56,575 nt of DNA from Candidatus Eiseniibacteriota bacterium (GTDB taxonomy: Bacteria; Eisenbacteria; RBG-16-71-46; DASYSL01). Location of the stretch: NCBI GenBank assembly GCA_046598045.1, contig JBKJJJ010000125.1:1-56575 (forward strand). Reading direction: 5' to 3'. A model generated the notes under the pieces. The model ran no database searches. It saw nothing but the letters and a program-made list of their open reading frames with translations, and had not been told where the DNA came from. Positions 53,118 through 56,575 of the stretch are shown piece after piece; positions within the stretch are counted from its first letter, which is position 1, and each line of letters begins with the position of its first letter. The position numbers were made by a program, and so were the translations under genes.

Positions 53118-53783
53118 GTGTCCCGCAGCGCGCTGCTCGGATCCACGATCGGCCACGTGCTGGCGATCTGGGCGCTGTTCTTCTTCGTTACGCCCGGGCA
53201 CATGAAGCGGCCGCCGCAGGCGATCCAGGTCGCGCTCGTCAACCTGCCGCCCGGCGCGTTCCGGCCGGCGCAGGGCGCGCGGGTCGAGACGCCCGCACCG
53301 AAGGACGAGACGCCCGACGTGAAGCGCCCGCTGGACGAGGCGCCGCCCGAGAAGAACGCGATCCGTCCGCCGGACGCGAAGCAGCCCGTGCCGCAGCGCC
53401 CGAGGCCCGGCCTGCCCGAGGGCGTGAAGACGCCCACGGCGGCGCTCGGCATCCCGGGCCTGTCGGGCGACGTGTCGGTGGACGCGAGCGACTTCGAGTT
53501 CACGTACTACCTGCTCCAGGTGCGCAACCAGATCGGTCGCAACTGGGGGGCGCCGGCCGGCCTCGTGACGCGGGGCGAGCCGGTGCGCTGCACCGTCTAT
53601 TTCAAGATCGACCGGCTCGGCCGGCTCTCGGACGTGAAACTCGAGGATGCCTCGGGCGTCCCGTTCTTCGACCAGTCGGCCGTGCGAGCGGTCAGCATCT
53701 CGAGCCCGCTGCCGCCGCTGCCGGCCGGCTACGGAGGAAGTTCCCTGGGGGTTCACTTTGGGTTCCAGTACACCGACCGCTGA
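53118..53783 (+). CDS. tolA: TolA/TonB-family energy transducer
   Basis: N-terminal TM with SxxxH, Pro-rich linker, C-terminal FDQSAVRAV...PLPPLP. Confidence 0.8.
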   Translation: MSRSALLGSTIGHVLAIWALFFFVTPGHMKRPPQAIQVALVNLPPGAFRPAQGARVETPAPKDETPDVKRPLDEAPPEKNAIRPPDAKQPVPQRPRPGLPEGVKTPTAALGIPGLSGDVSVDASDFEFTYYLLQVRNQIGRNWGAPAGLVTRGEPVRCTVYFKIDRLGRLSDVKLEDASGVPFFDQSAVRAVSISSPLPPLPAGYGGSSLGVHFGFQYTDR

Positions 53784-55062
53784 TCGACGTCGCTTCCTCG
53801 CCGCTCTCCTGTGTGCGCTCTGCGCGCTCGCGCTGTGGGGCGCGCGTGCCGAGGCGCCGGCGCAGGACGAGGTGCGGATCGGCATCTCGACCGATACGCA
53901 GAAACGCATCGGCCTCGTGCTCGAGGCGCTCACGGCGGCCGGGGATCGCACGTCCGGTCGCGGGCTGGCGGTCTCGGCCGACCCGATCCTTGCGAATGAC
54001 CTGGCCGGCTCCGGCCTGTTCGACGTCGCGAAGGCGTGGGAGAACACGGGGGCGCTCCCGGCCGACGCCCAGGCGGTGGTGGGGGGGAAGCTCACGGTCT
54101 CCGGCAACACCATCGTGCTCACCGGGGAGATCATGGATTTCCCCGCGCGGCGATTGATCGCGCGCACCGACTACCGTGGAACGACCGCGGAGCTCCGTCG
54201 GCTCGTCCACCGCTTCGCCGACGATGTCGCGTTCCACCTGACCGGCGAGGCGGGCGTGGCGCAGACGCGAATCGCCTACGTGGCGAAGGGCGCACGTTCT
54301 TCCGAGCTGCAGGTGGTCGACGTCGACGGCTTCGGGGCGCGTCCCCTGACTGCGTTCAAGTCGCCGCTGACCTCGCCGGCGTGGACGCCGTCCGGGCATG
54401 AGATCCTGTTCGCGGCGCTGCGCGGCGCGGCCTGGAACCTCTACGCCGTCCCGCTCGGCGGCGGGGCTGCACGCCAGGCCTCGCGCGGCGGCACGCTCAA
54501 CATCGCCCCGGCGGTCGCGCCGGACGGCGCGATCGCGTACGCTTCGAACAAGGACGGCAACAGCGAGATCTACGTCGCGGGCGCCGACGGCTCCGGCCCG
54601 CGCCGGTTGACGGTGAGCCGCGGCATCGACACCTCGCCGGCGTGGTCCCCGACCGGGCAGCGCATCGCGTTCACGTCCAGCCGCGGCGGCTCCGCGCAGG
54701 TCTACGTCATGGACCGGGACGGCGGCAACGCGCGGCGACTGCTGTCCGGCTTCTCGTACACGGACTCGCCCGCCTGGTCGCCGAAGGGCGACAAGCTCGC
54801 GTTCGTGATCCGGACCGGTGGCGGCTTCGACGTCTACACCGCGAATGCCGACGGCTCGAACCCGCGCGCGATCGCGACCGGCGGTAGCAACGAGAACCCG
54901 CACTGGTCTCCGGACGGGCGGTTGCTCGTGTTCAGCTCCACCCGCGGCGGAGGCCGCGGCCTGTACATCAGCGACTTGCGAGGTACGATCGTGCGCCGGA
55001 TCGAAGTCCCGGGCACGGCCGCGAATCCCGCCTGGTCTCCGCGTCCACCGGGGGGCCGCTAG
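53758..55062 (+). CDS. tolB: Tol-Pal beta-propeller protein TolB
   Basis: HRFADD...LTGE.G...TRIAYV, repeated PAWSP.G; start uncertain (TTG 53758). Confidence 0.92.
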   Translation: MGSSTPTADRRRFLAALLCALCALALWGARAEAPAQDEVRIGISTDTQKRIGLVLEALTAAGDRTSGRGLAVSADPILANDLAGSGLFDVAKAWENTGALPADAQAVVGGKLTVSGNTIVLTGEIMDFPARRLIARTDYRGTTAELRRLVHRFADDVAFHLTGEAGVAQTRIAYVAKGARSSELQVVDVDGFGARPLTAFKSPLTSPAWTPSGHEILFAALRGAAWNLYAVPLGGGAARQASRGGTLNIAPAVAPDGAIAYASNKDGNSEIYVAGADGSGPRRLTVSRGIDTSPAWSPTGQRIAFTSSRGGSAQVYVMDRDGGNARRLLSGFSYTDSPAWSPKGDKLAFVIRTGGGFDVYTANADGSNPRAIATGGSNENPHWSPDGRLLVFSSTRGGGRGLYISDLRGTIVRRIEVPGTAANPAWSPRPPGGR

Positions 55063-55114
55063 TCGCTTGCCGTCCCGAGTCGATTCGTTCCACGTCACAA
55101 GAGGGAGGATCAAG

Positions 55115-55639
55115 ATGACCCACCGTTCCCGCATTGCCCTGATCTGCATGCCTCTGCTCGCGGCCGCCCTGCTCGGCGGTTGCGCCAAGAAGAAGGTGAT
55201 CGCCGAGTCCGCACCGCCGCCCCCGACCGAGGCGCCCGCGCCGCCGGCCGAGACGCCCGCGGCGACGCCCCCGCCGGCCGAAACCGAGCAGCCCGCGAAG
55301 ACCGTGCAGGACCAGATCGCGGACGCCTACTTCGATTACGACTCGGCCGAGCTCTCGTCCGCGGCACAGACCACGCTCGACGCCGACGCGAAGGTCCTGA
55401 CCGACAACGCCTCCACGCAGGTCTCGATCGAGGGTCACTGCGACGAGCGCGGCACGGTCGAGTACAACCTGGCGCTCGGCGACCAGCGCGCGAAGGCGGC
55501 GAAGGATTACCTGGTGCGCTTCGGCGTCTCCGCGGGCCGCATCCAGACCATCTCCTATGGCGAGGAGCGCCCGTTCGCGACCGGCAGCGACGAGAGCGCG
55601 TGGGCGCAGAACCGTCGCGCCCACTTCGTGGTTCGCTAG
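55115..55639 (+). CDS. pal: Peptidoglycan-associated lipoprotein
   Basis: Lipobox LGGC, YFDYD, IEGHCDERGTVEYNLALG, SYGEERP, NRRA. Confidence 0.97.
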   Translation: MTHRSRIALICMPLLAAALLGGCAKKKVIAESAPPPPTEAPAPPAETPAATPPPAETEQPAKTVQDQIADAYFDYDSAELSSAAQTTLDADAKVLTDNASTQVSIEGHCDERGTVEYNLALGDQRAKAAKDYLVRFGVSAGRIQTISYGEERPFATGSDESAWAQNRRAHFVVR

Positions 55640-55647
55640 GAGCCGCC

Positions 55648-56526
55648 GTGCGCCCCACTTCGCTCGCGGGTATCCTGTCCCGGGGCCGGTTCGCATTTGC
55701 GCTCGTGGTCGCGATCGCACTACTCCCGGGTTGCTACGCGAAGCGCTTCAAGCGCATCGACGAGTCGCTCCTGGTCCTGAGCGCGCGCGCGGATTCCCTG
55801 TTCGCCCAGCAGGCGCGCACGCGCGCCGACCTGGCCGAGACCAGGGCACAGGTCGCCTCGCACGAGCAGACCATGCGCTCGCTGCGCGCCGGCACTCAGA
55901 CCCGCTCGGAGGAGCTGGTCGGCCGCATCGAGCAGCTCGAATCCAGGCTCGAGGACCAGTCGCAGCAGATCACCGACCTCTCGGGCCGCGCGCGCACGCG
56001 CAGCCTCGCGCTGGACTCGACGATCACGCCGGCGGGCTCGAGCACGGCTCCGGCGGGGCCCGGCAAGACCACGCCTCCGGCCCCGGGCAAGAGCGTGCCC
56101 GGGAAGCCGTCGCCGCCCGTGACCGCGAACCCGTCGACCATCCGCGTCGACCCGACCGCGGCCTACGACCAGGCGGTGCTCGACTTCACGCAGGGCCGGT
56201 TTCCGCTCGCGCTCACGGAGTTCCGCGCATTCGTCGCGGCCAACGGCACGACCGATCTCGCCGACAACGCGCAGTACGGCGTGGGCGAATCGTTCTACGC
56301 CGTCGGGCAGTATGACTCCGCATCCGCGGCGTACCGCGACGTGATCGAGAAGTGGCCGCAGGGCGACAAGGTCCCGGCCGCGCTCTACAAGCTCGGCATC
56401 GCGTACCAGAAGTCCAATCGCTCGCCCGAGGCGCGCACCACGTTCCGCACCCTGATCGACAAGTACCCGCGGACGGGCGAGGCGCGCCTCGCCGAGGAGC
56501 GACTCAAGGAAATGGACCAGCGCTGA
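55648..56526 (+). CDS. cpoB: Tol-Pal protein CpoB/YbgF
   Basis: Lipobox LPGC, coiled coil, TPR (ADNAQY, KVPAALYKLG); follows pal. Confidence 0.92.
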   Translation: MRPTSLAGILSRGRFAFALVVAIALLPGCYAKRFKRIDESLLVLSARADSLFAQQARTRADLAETRAQVASHEQTMRSLRAGTQTRSEELVGRIEQLESRLEDQSQQITDLSGRARTRSLALDSTITPAGSSTAPAGPGKTTPPAPGKSVPGKPSPPVTANPSTIRVDPTAAYDQAVLDFTQGRFPLALTEFRAFVAANGTTDLADNAQYGVGESFYAVGQYDSASAAYRDVIEKWPQGDKVPAALYKLGIAYQKSNRSPEARTTFRTLIDKYPRTGEARLAEERLKEMDQR

Positions 56527-56528
56527 GC

Positions 56529-56575
56529 ATGGCGAAGGGCTGGGCCGCCAACGCGCGGGCGTGGGTGGGCTGGGT
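56529..56575 (+). CDS. Possible start of next gene (3' truncated)
   Basis: ATG 2 nt after the cpoB stop, open to the window end; too short to identify. Confidence 0.35.
   Translation, partial: MAKGWAANARAWVGW

Overview
High-GC chromosomal window from a diderm (LPS-making) bacterium. Gene content (PorV/PorQ-like barrel, GWxTD protein, T9SS-type C-terminal tails, lipoprotein LptC) suggests an FCB-related lineage such as Eisenbacteria, Latescibacterota or Gemmatimonadota; this is inference only. All but one of about 50 genes lie on the + strand. (1) 1-30630 is a tightly coupled housekeeping run: pyrG, kdsA/C/D, lptC/lptB (no lptA), rpoN, hpf, hprK, a full mannose-family PTS with HPr and EI, PGI/PMI, a nucleotidyltransferase, metK, ahcY, ftsK, rimO, bamD, nadD, polA, coaE, prfB (programmed +1 frameshift), PMM/PGM, a methyltransferase and mpg. 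(2) 30761-40735 is an uncharacterised five-gene envelope module: OM barrel, TonB-dependent receptor, a large secreted Asp/Cys-rich protein with a T9SS-like C-terminal domain, a PorV-like barrel and a GWxTD protein. It has its own promoters, a structured leader, a candidate sRNA and an apparent ACG start inside an SD-sequestering hairpin, and is the best candidate for an undescribed system. (3) pfk-gap-pgk-tpiA-secG-tRNA-Leu(GAG). (4) An accessory patch: FdhF/YdeP oxidoreductase, HIT, a zf-HC2 orphan, a secreted GH32/43-like protein on the minus strand and a ferritin-like protein with a basic tail. (5) A tol-pal-cpoB operon. No mobile element or CRISPR array was seen. All calls come from motif recognition by eye; no database searches were run.
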